From NCBI GenBank assembly GCA_040954595.2, contig CM082595.2, forward strand, positions 10,405,918 through 10,469,917: DNA of 64,000 nt. The letters are read 5' to 3'. The notes beneath the pieces were generated by a model. The model had not been told where the DNA came from, ran no database searches, and was given only the letters and a program-made list of their open reading frames with translations. Below, in pieces: positions 1-13,200 of the stretch. Every line of letters starts with the position of its first letter. The first letter of the stretch is position 1. Both the position numbers and the translations under genes were made by a program. The DNA is from Balanoglossus misakiensis. Lineage: Eukaryota > Animalia > Hemichordata.

Positions 1-1700
1 AGCACTGAACCGTGTGGTACTCCATATTGTAGATATTGAGGTTCTGACATTGTGCCATACAAACTGCTGTCTGTTCTTAAGATATGATGAGAACCATTGT
101 AGTGCGATGTTGGTGATGCCCAGTTTTGATAACCTTGAGATGATTGTGTCGTGATCTATGGTATCAAACACAGAGGAGAGATCGAGGAGAACCATGAGTA
201 CACATTTACCGGCATCCAGTGCCATACAAATATCGTTGTTGACTTTAGTAAGTGCTGTTTCGGTACTGTGATCCTTTCGGTACGCTGACTGCAGTGGTTC
301 TTGTAGTGAGTTGGTAGTCAAATATGATGTCAGTTGTTGTGCTACAATCTTCCCGATTACTTTTGACAGGAAGGTTAGGTTTGAAACTGGTCGATAGTTC
401 TTGAAAATGTTTTTGTCGAGCGAAGGTTTCTTGAGTATATTGGTGTGATGACTGCTATTTTAAGTTGATCAGGAACAGTTCCAGTTTTGAGTGACAAATT
501 GATAATTGTGGCCATGATAGTGAGCAGATTACCAAGACATTGCTTATCAAGTGCTGTAGGGATGAGATCAAGTACACGTGTTTTAGATGGAGACTGACGG
601 GTTGGTTATAAGCTGATATGGCTGAGGAGAGGTCATTTGGAGGCTAGGACATTTGATGTATTTTGTCGAGATCATGGCTGAAACTATCAATTGAAATGGC
701 AGATATGACGATAAGATATTTGACGTCTACTGTGTGTTGGTTTCGGAAGAGCAAGTTTTGCATTGACAGGATTGTGATCAGAGAGTTCCAAGCAGTCTAC
801 AGAGACACTCTTGATGTTAGACGCAGAGTTAGATAAGATGAGATCAAGAGTATGACCCTTTCTGTGTGTTGGTTGTTGGACCCATTGTTTCAGATTACAG
901 GCGCTGATGATTCCATTGAATTTCTGTGTTACTGGATTCTTATCATCTTCTAGGTGAATATTGAAATCTCCTACGATGAAGAGATTACTTGAGCAGGTGA
1001 CATACTTCTCAAGTGTTGTACTGAACTCTTCCATGAACTGTGGTGCGGTGAATTTATTATTAACTGATGGTGGTGGACGGTAGACAAGAATTATTTTCAT
1101 GGAAAGTTTCTGGTGAAGAATAGTTGCTTCCGCTGCCTCAAAAGATTTAACAGAGAGAATAGGCTTCCAAGCTGTTTATTTTAGTGCTAGCTTATGAATT
1201 TAAGCTAAGCCTCCACCGATCTTGCCAACCCCAGGTAGATGTTTGACAGCATAGCCTGGTGGTGTACATTCAGCCATTACGTGTTCGTCACCAGATTCCT
1301 TCAACCATGTTTCAGTGAGTACAAGAATATCAATTTCTTTATCTGTGATGTAGTCTGCAATGTCTAATGATTTGCATCTAGCTGAGCGGACATTCCATGT
1401 AGAGAGTAGAAGTTCACACGTATTGTGGAAAGGGTGGATCTTGAATACTGCATAGTCACTCTTCAATAGATATTTAGTGACTCGCTAACTGTTGCGATTC
1501 GTGTGTGTGTAATTTACGTACTTCAAGTTAAATATCGCAACTAGCCGTAATGTTTGACTAGGGGGAGCACCTATACTAATGCGAGTACCAGGGATTGAAA
1601 GTTGCACCTGTATTTTGATCCCTTAGTTACCCTTATAAGTACATTTGTAGTTTAATAACCATAGTTCTATTGCAAACCATTCTTTCCGTAGTTTCTTGTT
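1..1700 (-). mobile_element. Decayed L2/CR1-group LINE (AP endonuclease plus RT N-terminus)
   Basis: ORFs 1200-1466 (WNVRS, DILVLTETWL) and 687-1100 (VYRPP, VGDFNIH, PTHRKGHTLDLI, LSDH) are APE endonuclease motifs. RT motifs lie at 1-330. Frameshifted; the 5' boundary is approximate. Confidence 0.92.
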
Positions 1701-1941
1701 TCAAATATTGTAATCTGAATTTATTTTGATGTTTAACAGGTGTGATTATCTGTATTTGCGGCCATTTTGAAAAAAAATTGGTTGCCATGGAAACTCTTCA
1801 ACAGATATTTAGTGACTCGCTATCTGAATTTGTTCAGTACACATTAACACACATCTGAGCCAAGTTTGGTGCTTTTATCACAAAATACACAATCGATATG
1901 AAAATTTGGGTTTTGGTGCTCCACTACCTAAGTAACATTAA

Positions 1942-2351
1942 GGATGTACGTTCAATAAAATGGAAAGTATTGTCATTTTTTTTAATTGTGGATTTTTTTA
2001 TTCTCTTTTGTATGTATAATGAAAATCCGTAATAAAATATAGGGGTCACCGCGCTCGTTTTTGAAATACAGAGCCATGAAATTGGTCGATAATAGAAGAA
2101 ATCTACTGATTTTTCACCAATGGTTTGTTTGTCTATGGCCAAAATTCTTAATGCAATTTATCTCAAAAAAGAGCGCGGTGACCCCTATATTTTATTTGAC
2201 CAATGAATTTATATTTGCTGGACTGAGCTATGTATAAAATTTCGTGAAAATGACAATAGTAGAAGTTTGTTTTCTGGCGATTATCAATGTAATCCTATGG
2301 GAAAAAGACCGGACACGTAGTGTTTCCGGTTTATGTTCTGCACGTACATCC
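1942..2351. mobile_element. Kolobok-like MITE, 410 bp
   Basis: TIR GGATGTACGT...ACGTACATCC flanked by TTAA (1938-1941) and TTGA (2352-2355). Internal perfect 26-bp inverted repeat at 2031-2056/2171-2196. RR...YY termini with a TTAA target are Kolobok traits. Confidence 0.65.
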
Positions 2352-2417
2352 TTGATGAAGTTTGCTGGCTAGAGGGCTCCTAAACCTCCTTAATATTTGA
2401 CGTCTTCACTCCTACAG

Positions 2418-5059
2418 GACTGCGCAGCTGGAAGTTAAAGTTCAGCATGTTCTGAAGCATGCACGCTGTGTCCAGGGGTTTCATGTGTGGAACAGCCAGC
2501 CTCTCATCACCAACACAATGCGGACTGGGATATTTTGCCAACAATGGAAGTATAGACTGTACGCCTTGTCCTGCCCCGGGTATAAGTGCCAATATGATGG
2601 TATGTCGGAGCCAGAGGTGTGTGAAGATGGATACTACACTAATATAGATGGTGAGTCAGCACTTAAAGTTTGGGCATTACTGTGTAATCTTTCACTTAAA
2701 GGCACGTAAGCTGTAACTTTTGGGATAATTTTCATAATTTTTGTTTAAAACTGCACTACCATTAGTCCATGCAGATGAAGGCAGTGAACTATACACAAGC
2801 ATTATAAACCCTAAATATGAGTGCATATGCAAGTTTTAACCAGATAAATAATAAAGCTTTGCCGCAAGCGATTATGGCCGCCACCCTGGGAAAATGCAAG
2901 AAACAATGAAAATGTTGCATTTCCGGTTGTGAAACTTCATAAACAAAACATGATCTCATCCACTTGAGCTCATGGAAGTAAATGTACACCACTGAGACAT
3001 CAGATTTTCATTTTTCATTGCAATATTGCACTTTTTTTAAAATTGCAGGAATTTTCGTTTTTTCTTTAATTTTTGGCCATTGTGTCATAAATAAGTGTTG
3101 AGCTTGATATATTATCATGAAATATCATTTAATAGACATAATTAAAAGCATATATGAGATTATTTAAAACTTTAATTTTTTTATCCAGTTGCAGCTTACG
3201 TGCCTTTAAGGCGGACGATCATCTTATGTGCATGTACGTAATTCTGTGCGTACAAACATTACGTCCAGTCCAAATATTCTGCCAATTTTACATCCAATGC
3301 ATTCAAATAGTGGACTGCTTCGCTTTCATCCAGTTTTCATGTGCATCGTATAAGTAGACTTTTGTTTTGTCCCGTCTTTTCACCAAATTTGCTCTTTTCC
3401 AAATCTCCGACACAGACTATGATCGTCACGATCTTGTCTGTTGTTAGAACAGCACACTGCCGTATGGCATTGACTGTACACAGTTTCTGTTACCAATATC
3501 TCTGGATTGGCATTTTCCTGTCCTCAATCTTTTGCCAGGGATTTTTGTCTCCCCAACCCGCGTGAGAATCCCACGTCTTTGAAGGTACGACTGTGACTAT
3601 AAGATTCTATAAATCTCTGTTTATTTTCAGCACAAACATCATGTGCTGATTGCCCAGCTGGTAACCAATGTCCAAATGGTAACACTGTGATTTTATGCTC
3701 GGCTGGTTATTACAGTTCGGCCTTGGACAAAGGATGTCTCGCTGTACCTCTTGCATAACAGGTAAACTTCTACCCACCCACCTTTATTTCCAACATCAAA
3801 CATTAGGTCAGGTAATTTACTAACTGAAAAATAGGATGGGATCATTTTCTATTTCTGTATTTAAAATTTACTGATATAATATATGAATGAAAAAATGACA
3901 ATTTTTCCAAATTTGAATAGACCTCTATTTATGAAAATAATTAAAATTTGCACCAAATTTTTACAGTGGTATTCAAAGGTTAACTTGGTGTGTAAATTCT
4001 CTGTTTGATTTACAGATCAGCTGGTGCTGAACATTGTACTATTTGTGAGCAAGGGTACGCCTGCATAGATCCCAGTGCATCGCAATTCAAGTGTACCAAG
4101 GGTTACGTGTCATTGGCTGGTGCAACAAACTGTACCAGATGTACAAATGGTAAGATTGTGGTACTTGTTCAGTTTGCTGTGTGATGAAACTGAGGGGTAT
4201 GTGTGTTTGCATGTATGTGTTTACAACAGATTTTCATGTCAGTGCGACTGGGGGTATGTGTGTGTGTGTATGTATGTATGTGTTTACAACAGATTATCAA
4301 CTCAGTGCGAGATCTTGCGAGACCCGGTTAGCCATGTGAGATCTCGCAGAGTCTTATGATATTCAGAAAATGGTTGATTAGAAATGACGTTTAATGTCCT
4401 CCAAAGAATTTTCTACATGCCTGTATACTTGTCTCAGAATTATGAAGTGAATCATCTCAAGTAATTTGTTATTTTAAATGACACTGTATCACAAATACAT
4501 CACTAAAAACCTCATTTTCTTTAATCAGATGAAATAAGTGAGGAGCCTGCACGCACATCCTGTCTTCTGTGCCCTGCTGGACAATCGTGTTCAGATCCAA
4601 TGTAAGATCCGCTCGACTGTGGCAATGGTGAATATGCTATGGAAGGCGACGGCACATGCACGCCTTGTCCAGCGGGATCCAAGTGTCCAACCATGTCACC
4701 CGTAGTGGATTGTTCAACAGTTACTGGTAAGTTGGGCTGCAAATCACTCTTGTGACTTCCCTGTGTTATAGCATGGCATACACAGAAAATTAAACTGTTA
4801 TGCTTATTGGAGTTGATATTGTGATGCACTTTGAAAAACACAATGATTCCACTGAAGAGGTATTGTACAGTAAAACCTGTGATTACGGACATCTCTCTAA
4901 TAAGGGATCGTTGGACCAAACCATGGTGGTAAAAATCGTTCTTTGAATTTTTTCTGTGATAGGTTCATACTCGCTAGGTTCGGCCACGTCCTTCTGGTTA
5001 TGAATGCACAACTACAAGTGTCACACAGTGCGCTACAGGGCAGTAAAGTGCTGAAGGAG
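2418..5059 (+). pseudogene. GCC2/GCC3 (Ephrin_rec_like) Cys-rich repeat exons
   Basis: Translations include QCGLGYFANNGSIDCTPCP, CADCPAGNQCP, CTICEQGYAC and DCGNGEYAMEGDGTCTPCPAGSKCP, with stops and frameshifts. Confidence 0.8.
2700..3205. mobile_element. Kolobok-like MITE, 506 bp
   Basis: 19-bp TIR AGGCACGTAAGCTG(T/C)AACT. TTAA TSD at 2696-2699 and 3206-3209. AG...CT termini. Confidence 0.85.
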
Positions 5060-5170
5060 GTAAGTCTTGAAATCCCTTTTCTTCTTGTCTCGATTTGAAC
5101 ATGGTTCCACAAGTTGTTTACATCACTTGTAGTTTTACATATTTTTTGAGTTCAACAGCTAGCTATACAT

Positions 5171-5837
5171 GGTGTCCTGAGAAGTCAACCAGTATAAGAA
5201 GTCGGTCTCGGCCAGTACGAGAAGTCGGCCTGTGGGAGAGAACCCTGGTACTTTGTGTTATATATAACTGTTTCACTACGAAATGTTTCCTTGATGTACA
5301 GGAGCTGAGATATTTGTACAAATAGCCGATTTATTTTAAAACTGTCTGTTCACTTTTCATGTACGTCACCGGGGTACGTCAACATCAGTCACCTGCACTT
5401 CTTGAGCTGCGCCAGTAGTCTGTTCCTTGTCACGTTTGTTTGTTTGTTTGTTTGGTGTTGTCTCAGAAAGTATGAATATACACATACATCTTCTATGTAT
5501 TTTAGTAGGCTTTGAAACAACTCCCTTTAATCAGAAATGTCACAGGAATTTGGCGAACAACCTAAGCTCCTTATGCGGATACGGGGCTGGGGAACTGGTA
5601 CGGATGCCAGACGCCATTATTTGAAATGACGCCATTGTGTTGTCAAGAATTTGGGAAATCCGTCCAAATGAAAATATTTAGTGCAATTATATTTTATTAA
5701 GTGTTGTTATAAGTAATCTGGGTCATTACTGCACTATTCGGGTACAAGTTCAACAACTGGCCGACTTCTCATACTGGCCGACTTCTCATGCGCGCGAACT
5801 GGCCGACTTCTAATCTGGCCGACTTCTCATGTATTCC
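5171..5837. mobile_element. Unclassified non-autonomous DNA transposon with subterminal repeat arrays
   Basis: GAGAAGTCGGCC-like repeats at 5179-5231 are inverted relative to four CTGGCCGACTTCT repeats at 5757-5827. GG...CC ends. Direct repeat TATACAT at 5164-5170 and 5838-5844. Confidence 0.7.
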
Positions 5838-7032
5838 TATACATTAGTGAAAATTGGGCAAACTGGTGTTTTCAGACAACTTATGAAGTCCTTGTCTCAA
5901 TGGAGGTACCTGCCAACAACAGGTAAATTCTTGTACTGCCACAATTTGCATGTGCACAGAGTGTTACTAGGGAACCAGTTGTGAGACAAGTAAGTTTGAA
6001 TCTGTAGCAGTTAATAATGATAATTATCATTTTTTTATTATGATTTAAACTTCACTGATGTTGTACAAACACAAAAATAGAAAGGGATAGCAGCTTAGCT
6101 CTATTCCGTTTCGAAAGTTTTTGTTCTTTTAAACTACCTGTGCATTTTTTTTATTTATTCTGATTATGCTAATATGCTAATTTGTCGGTTTGTCACATCA
6201 CAATTTTTGAAGGAAACTCACCCCTGATGATCATGGAAAATTTGACCCTTTTCCTTGCAGGACTCAACCAGTGTCAACCAAATCCGTGCCAGAATGGTGG
6301 CTTCTGTCAACCGGCTCGAAATTCCTGCTTTGATCTCACCTGCATATGTACTGGTTGCTACAAAGGTGATAGGTGTGAGATATGTAAGTATACAGCGCAG
6401 TCTCATTCAAATACTGCATGTTTCCTGAGCATAGGTGTAGCCATCACCACAGCAGAGCTTGGAGAGTTCTTGACATCGAATGCAAGATTACACTCTTTCC
6501 AATCAAAATCACTTTTTCGTGGCGCATAATGTCTTGATTGTCTTGGTTCAAGAAACATTATGCGCGACTGGCCAATTTTACTGCCTTTTGTCAACACACA
6601 TCCACTATGGAAATTCTCACTCCAGGCCAGATAGTGTAAATTTACATATGAGTCTACAGGTGTGCTTGAAGTCAAGTCAAGCATTTGCAAGGAACCCTCC
6701 TCCAGTACACAGGTCTTTGATTTCATGAAGGGAAGCCCTTGCCTCACAGTCACTGCCACGTGATCTATGGAGGTGTGAACAACTTGATACCAGCCTAATA
6801 TAAGTTGTAGGCACAATCACTCCCCACACCCTTGCCATAATTCTGCAAGGTTTTTGCCATATCTGTACTGTAGAATGAGTAGCAAGGAATAAAATGGCGT
6901 CCTTTCTTAATTTCCAGTGCAAAACCCCTGTGATCCCAACCCATGTATGAATGGTGGATTTTGCCAGCAAACATCGTGCAATTTCTATTCATGCCAGTGT
7001 GTGAACTCTTACACAGGTGACATCTGTCAAAC

Positions 7033-7917
7033 CATAGACCCTAGAGAAAGAAGGGCGAGCAACTGCGGCAAAGATCAAAGGGTTTGGGGATTATCTGTAT
7101 GATGATGTTTTTTTGTATATAATTAACACCCAGGACAGTCGGACAATGACTTCCTTACTTCGGCACGTGTCGACCCCACCAGTGATGCGAAAACTTGCCA
7201 CCAAACTGGCACTACTGCATTTCAGCAGCCACTGCGTTTTTTTCTAAAATTCTAAAAGTATTACGATGTCTGTGCTAATTATTATGGTTTGGTGTTCGTC
7301 TGTCGGTTGAATGGTCATTTCTAGTGCCACAAGCTTCATTTAAAAATTGTAAACAAATCATCCATGTTTTTTGCATGTCCGACTGGGCACTCATATTTCT
7401 TAGTAACGCTGACACTTTTCGTAATAATGTTATGTTTGCGTGAAGCATTGAAATAAAAATTGTGGTTTAGGGGCATTTTATTTCGCAGTGCGTGAACAAT
7501 AAAACAGATTTCACGAAAACAATTTGTAAACAAACTGGGTGGATTATCATGTGTGCGCTATGGCCGCCAGGCAACCCTCGGTACGGTTAGCTCACAGCCT
7601 TGTGAAATACCCGGACTGTTAGACAAAAGATGCTTGTTTTGGACGCTGTCAGACTCAGATTCAAATTCCTGTTTAACTTGTCCAGATGTGTTCCATAAAT
7701 AATCGCTGCGTTCAACCACGTTGCAGTTTTCTCGTCTTCTGCGAGATGTTCTGAGGTGTTGTGATAACTTCACACAAAACACGAGACTTTGCGTTAGTTT
7801 ATACACAGTTTATTTGCAAATTGGATTATTGGGATTTATCTGGAAATAATGTATGCAAAAGAACATCATTTCAAGAAAAAACTGGAGTTGCGCGTCCTTC
7901 TTTCTCTAGGGTCCATG
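7033..7917. mobile_element. P-superfamily-like MITE, 885 bp, inserted in an EGF exon
   Basis: 32-bp TIR CAT(A/G)GACCCTAGAGAAAGAAGG... with 3 mismatches. 7-bp TSD GTCAAAC at 7026-7032 and 7918-7924. CAT...ATG ends with a 7-8-bp TSD are P-element traits. Confidence 0.85.
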
Positions 7918-10900
7918 GTCAAACAAGTGAGTATATACTTTCAAGACACCCTGCAAACAAACAAGCCATCTTCATTCCGTAGATCTTTTAAGCTTATTTA
8001 TACATTGTAAATTTTGATGTGAAACTTTATTGGTCTTGTTGCCAAACTTCTGAAGAAATGAGGATATTGTTTTGAAAGGTATTTTATCAGTAGGTAACAA
8101 ATACCATGGCCCTCCATGCAAATACCCACATGGTAAATTAAAACTGTTACAGATGTATTTGATTTCCACATATTGATTACATGTGGGATAATATTGGGTG
8201 CTGGCAGTTTCAGTAAATGAACTGCTCTTAAAAGTTGGGCGTCAGGGCACCCTTGATTTTGCCTGTTCCAAGCTAGAATAGTCTGTCCATATGAATATTT
8301 GTTCAGCAAGTTACAAGCAATCTTTTAAGTTTGGAATGAAAAAATAGTGAAATGACTTGTGATGTTAATGTGCAATTGTTGGTTGATTTACATGCAACCC
8401 CCAGGACTCGATCAATGTTCTCCCAATCCGTGCATGAACAACGGTATCTGTGAGCCAATCAGTGGATCGTGCAGTGCGTTTACCTGTCGCTGTCAAGGCT
8501 GTATCATTGGAATCACCTGTGACCAAGGTAAATTTATCAGACGAGGAACTGTTTTTCCCCCCTCATACCGGTATATTTGTCATAGCTGGCAGCTATGAAA
8601 TTACCTGTATATTTAGGATGTGACAAACCAAATAGGCACTTTCAGGAATTGAGTCTTTTTTGCGATTACTAAGTCCTAAACTCCCAAAAGTATAATAAGT
8701 AATTCTTATTGTTCAGTTATACATTAAGGAGGCTTAGTTATAGGAGAACCCGATAGAACCACAGCTGTAGGAATTAAGGAAATGGTCATACCCTAAAAAC
8801 TTATGTCACTACTATTTATTTATTTTCATTCCATTGAAACAGAACAAACTCCATGTAGGCCAAGTCCATGCCTGAACAATGGGCAGTGTACTCGGCTGTC
8901 GTGTACAACTTATGAGTGTACTTGTCCAGGATGTTTCACCGGCACACACTGCAGCCAGTGTAAAACTCATTAAAACAAACATTTTGTCATGCAGGAACTA
9001 ACATTTACAATCATATCTCAATACATTGTCTGTTGGTCATACTTTATATTTTCATCTTCAGCATCACACCTTGGGCCTTGGGAATCGTTCACCTCAAAAA
9101 TGATGTACAACTGAAAGAAAACATGTTTATTTGAAGAAAAAAATGTTGATCGTTCATGAAAATTTTTCCTACACAAGATACATATACAGAGATTTTCATA
9201 GCCCCACAAGTGCGTCCCAGAATGAGCAAGTTGTTTTTGGAAGTGAAGTTCCGTTCAGTATTTACAGTAATGGTAATGATGATGTTTTTATCAAACAGAT
9301 TTTGAAAGTAAATATTGCTGAGATAACATTAGGTTGCACTTTTTATTGCAGTCCAAGATCCATGCCAGCGAAACAGCTGTCTCAACGGGGCTGTATGTAA
9401 TGCAGTGGCCAACTCCTGCACGGCATATACCTGTGCCTGTACTGGTTGCTATGAGGGTAACCGTTGTGAAATATGTAAGTTTCTGACGTACCGTAAATGA
9501 CAATCTTTTGGGCACTTTCTCTTCATGGCAATTGAATTGTGTGGTAACTTCTCATTTCTAAAATTTCCCCAAGAGAAAAGAAAACAGAAATTTCATTTGT
9601 ATGTCCGTGCAATTTAGGATAGGCACGAACTTGTGAGGAAGTGTACGAAGCTGGATGTTTTCATCACTCAAATATACAAGAGTTGCCTCTTGAAGACTAG
9701 TGTCTGTAGAGATAATTGTGCTTATGAGGTAATCTCTCCTAAGGTGGTGCACACATCTGAGTATTAAGTAAAAGAGACGTCCTTAATTATCCTTACTATT
9801 TGGCTTGAAAAATCAATCTTACTAGGTGTTCTGATTAGAGAGGTGTCCATAAAGACAGGTTTTACTGTATTACCCAAAATAGAGACATTGTCCCTTCATC
9901 ATATACTTAATGCGTGTTCTGGGTATGGTTCCAGTATAATGCTTGTGTCAAAGGATTTTGTTGTGGTGCAGGAATCATCTTTGGTTGAGGTGTAGCCATC
10001 TGCATTTCATGTTTTTTAAACTATTTTTTTTCTGATAGTCATTAACCCATGTGATCAGAATCCGTGTCAAAATGGAGGCTATTGTTCCCAAACACCAAAT
10101 TCTTATACTGACTACACCTGTTACTGCCAGTAGTGTTGGACTGGGGCCATCTGTGCCGTAGGTGTGTCGAATTACTGTTTTATGACACAGCGTGGTATAT
10201 AAACCCTCATTTTTGGTATTCTCAATGTGATAGATGGACCCATACACCAATAAATGGGGTGGAAGCATTACTAAGTTTCATCCTTTCAAAATTTGCTGAT
10301 GTAGGGTCAAAATTGAGTGTGAGGTGCACGTTAAAAAGGAAAGCCTTCTGTATCATGTTGACGGCACATTTTTTAATTTTTCAAGATTCTTACAGAAAAA
10401 TCCTAGCAATAGCATCATTATGTTATTTTAAATGTACAGGTTTGAAACAAGGAATGAAGACATTGCTCACATATTTAAACGAAATGAACATCACAAGTAC
10501 ATGTACAAGTTTTTGACAAGCAGGTAATTGATACTTTCATTTTTGTTTTGGCAGCCATTGATCAGTTATACTCTATGCCTTGTCAAAATGGTGGCACATG
10601 CGTTGCGCGAGACGGCTGTTTCCTGTTTGACTGTATGTGTACCGAATGCTTCACTGGTGCCACATGTACAATGCATAAGTACAAACCAATATTATTTTAT
10701 TCAATGCAAAACACTTGTTATGTATTATATAATATAAGTACGGTACACATATTAAAGCCCTGGTAACTCAAACTTTGGGCTAGCTTAATGTTATCACTAT
10801 TTTTGTTTTCGGGTGCAACTGTGGTTTCTTGTCACACTCTAAAGGATTTCACAGCATTTGGTTTTTCAAAACAGCCCTTTGGTTGTTGTCATGTATACAT

Positions 10901-12175
10901 GTACATGACTGTGGAGTGTAGTTTGTAGATTCTGTAATTTTGACAATATCTTGACTGCACATCCCACAGCTGTCAACCAGTGTCAACCCATCCAGTGTCA
11001 GAATGGTGGAAACTGTGTGCTGACGCCCAATTGGTGTACTGAATTCACATGCTCCTGTACAAGCTGTTACTCCGGCCATTTATGTCAGACATGTGAGTGA
11101 TTTTAAATTTCAGATGAAGAGGAACATAATAACATAACACATAATCGGCTTGCAGTTGGTTTCTTCCAACCTGTATCAAACAGTGAATAACGACACAATT
11201 TTGGGGAAATTTATTAAGAATGTGTGTGCCATAAAAGGGGATTGTGTATTTGACCAAACAACAACCTGCACCGTATGGTACACTAAGACACTATTACACC
11301 TGTGTCAAAATTTCATTACGTTTCTTTTGTTGAACATGGAAGAAATTTGTCACAGTGATGTTCTGTTGACCAACTGAGATTTTTACCACTCAACCCTGAC
11401 TGCACAAATCTGTTTAAAGTATATGTAGTAAATATTAACTGTACACAATTTATATCACTTTCTCTTCTGTGCACAGATTTGAATCCGTGTCAGCCCAACC
11501 CTTGTCTAAACAGTGGATTCTGCCAGCAAGTGTCCTGCACCGAGTTCAGATGCCAGAGTTCGCGCTGTTTCATCGGAACCACGTGCGCTGAACGTAAGCA
11601 AACCAGTGTCAGATTTGCCGCACAAAGTAGAAATCGCTGGGCTTTGTCATTGATATTGTCTCAATAAAGTTGCCTGTGATTGTGCAGCTAACCAAGAGAC
11701 TTATATGCACTACCGTAGCCATGATGTATACTTTCATTGACTCAAATGCTCATCAGAGTAGATGTTGCTATTTTTCCAACCGTAAATTGAAACATCAGAA
11801 AGTTATGACATCAACTACCCCCACCCCCACCCCACCCCACCCCCAACTAGTAAATATTATAAGATGCTGTAATTATGATAAAGATGGTAGCACCAAGCTT
11901 GGATCAAGTGGTCTTCATTATCCTTCACACATGAACATGATCACACGGATGTGCAATCTTCTGACAGTCTGCTACAGATTTCACTTCCCACTCAAGTGTG
12001 TAAGACCCTAATGTGATACTTTTCATTTCTCTCACCCTTAGCGATCAACCAGTGTCTTCTAAACCCATGTCTGAATAACGGAGTGTATCAGCCACTTCAA
12101 GGCTCCTGCTCAATCTACACCTGCAACTGTCCAACCTGCTACACTGGGCAAACATGTGTTACATGTAAGTCACAA

Positions 12176-13200
12176 GTTTTTAGGTCCCATTGGTATGTAC
12201 CATGGGACCTTATGGGATTGGTTACGTCTGTATGTATGTATGGATGGATGGATGGATGTATGTCTGTATGTCCGTCCACATCGAAAACTTGAAAACCGCA
12301 GCGCGTATGACCTCGATATTTGGCGTGTAGATGCAGGCAGGGCTGTAGATGGGAGTTTGTTCAAATGAAGATGTCATTGCCAAAAATATGCAAATTAGCT
12401 GGGAAAATGTGAAATTGGTCAAAACTTAAAAACTGGACAACCACTGGTCATATTGATTTGAAAATTGGTATGCATGTACCTTATATCAACCTCATACAAT
12501 CCTGTATGTTTTGAGCTAATATTATCGATTTCCTATTTTTTTTGCATTTTTTTGTATTTTTCCATGTTATTGGTAAAAAGTCTTTGAAATTTAGTATGAA
12601 GCCTCCTAATGTTGTCTAAGTAACCATAGTTTTGTTCAAATTGTTGCAAAATTTGCATATCTATAATTTTGAGCAATATTTGCCATTTTTGGTCAAAAAA
12701 TGTTTTTCTTTAAAACCTCATGCCAGATTGCTTTCCAATTTGGTAGGCATGTTCGTAGGGGTAACCTAAATAATATGTTGTAAAAAAAAAGATATTTGCA
12801 TAAATGTGTTATCAGGGAAAATTTTGCAATTTTTGTCAAAAATTGTTTTCTCTGAAACCGCTTGTCCTATTGCATTGAACTTAGGCAGCATGTTCCTTGT
12901 AGTGATTGAAGTAAGATATTGTACAATTTTGGTGATATTTGCATATTTGTGTTTTTGCCACTTTTGAACAAATATTTTCTGTGAAACTGCTTGTTGGATT
13001 GCTTTGAAATTAGTTTTTTCTCTGATTGCTTTGAAATTTAGGATATAATTTCATAACACATACCTGTATATGTGCAACTTTTATTCAGTTCTGAGATCAG
13101 AAAGATTAAATATTTAGCGAGTTTTTTTGGTAAGTTTCTTAGTTTTTGGTTAGCAAATCTTCTCCTAAACAAATTGTCCAGTTGTTTTTAAAGTTACTAT
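12176..13200 (+). mobile_element. Helentron-associated (HINE/DINE-1-like) non-autonomous element; 3' end uncertain
   Basis: A T-run, then the hairpin AGGTCCCAT..ATGGGACCT (12182-12210), a (GTAT)n(GGAT)n/GTCC microsatellite, and degenerate ~130-145-bp core repeats (TTTTCT..AAAC..ATTGC..AAATT). Confidence 0.55.

Noticed and set aside
4190-4310. ~60-bp tandem duplication with a GT/GTAT microsatellite, single in copy 2
   Set aside because: Ordinary slippage polymorphism.
5757-5830. Short direct repeats that superficially resemble a CRISPR array
   Set aside because: The spacers are only a few bases long, the context is eukaryotic, and the repeats are subterminal repeats of a MITE.
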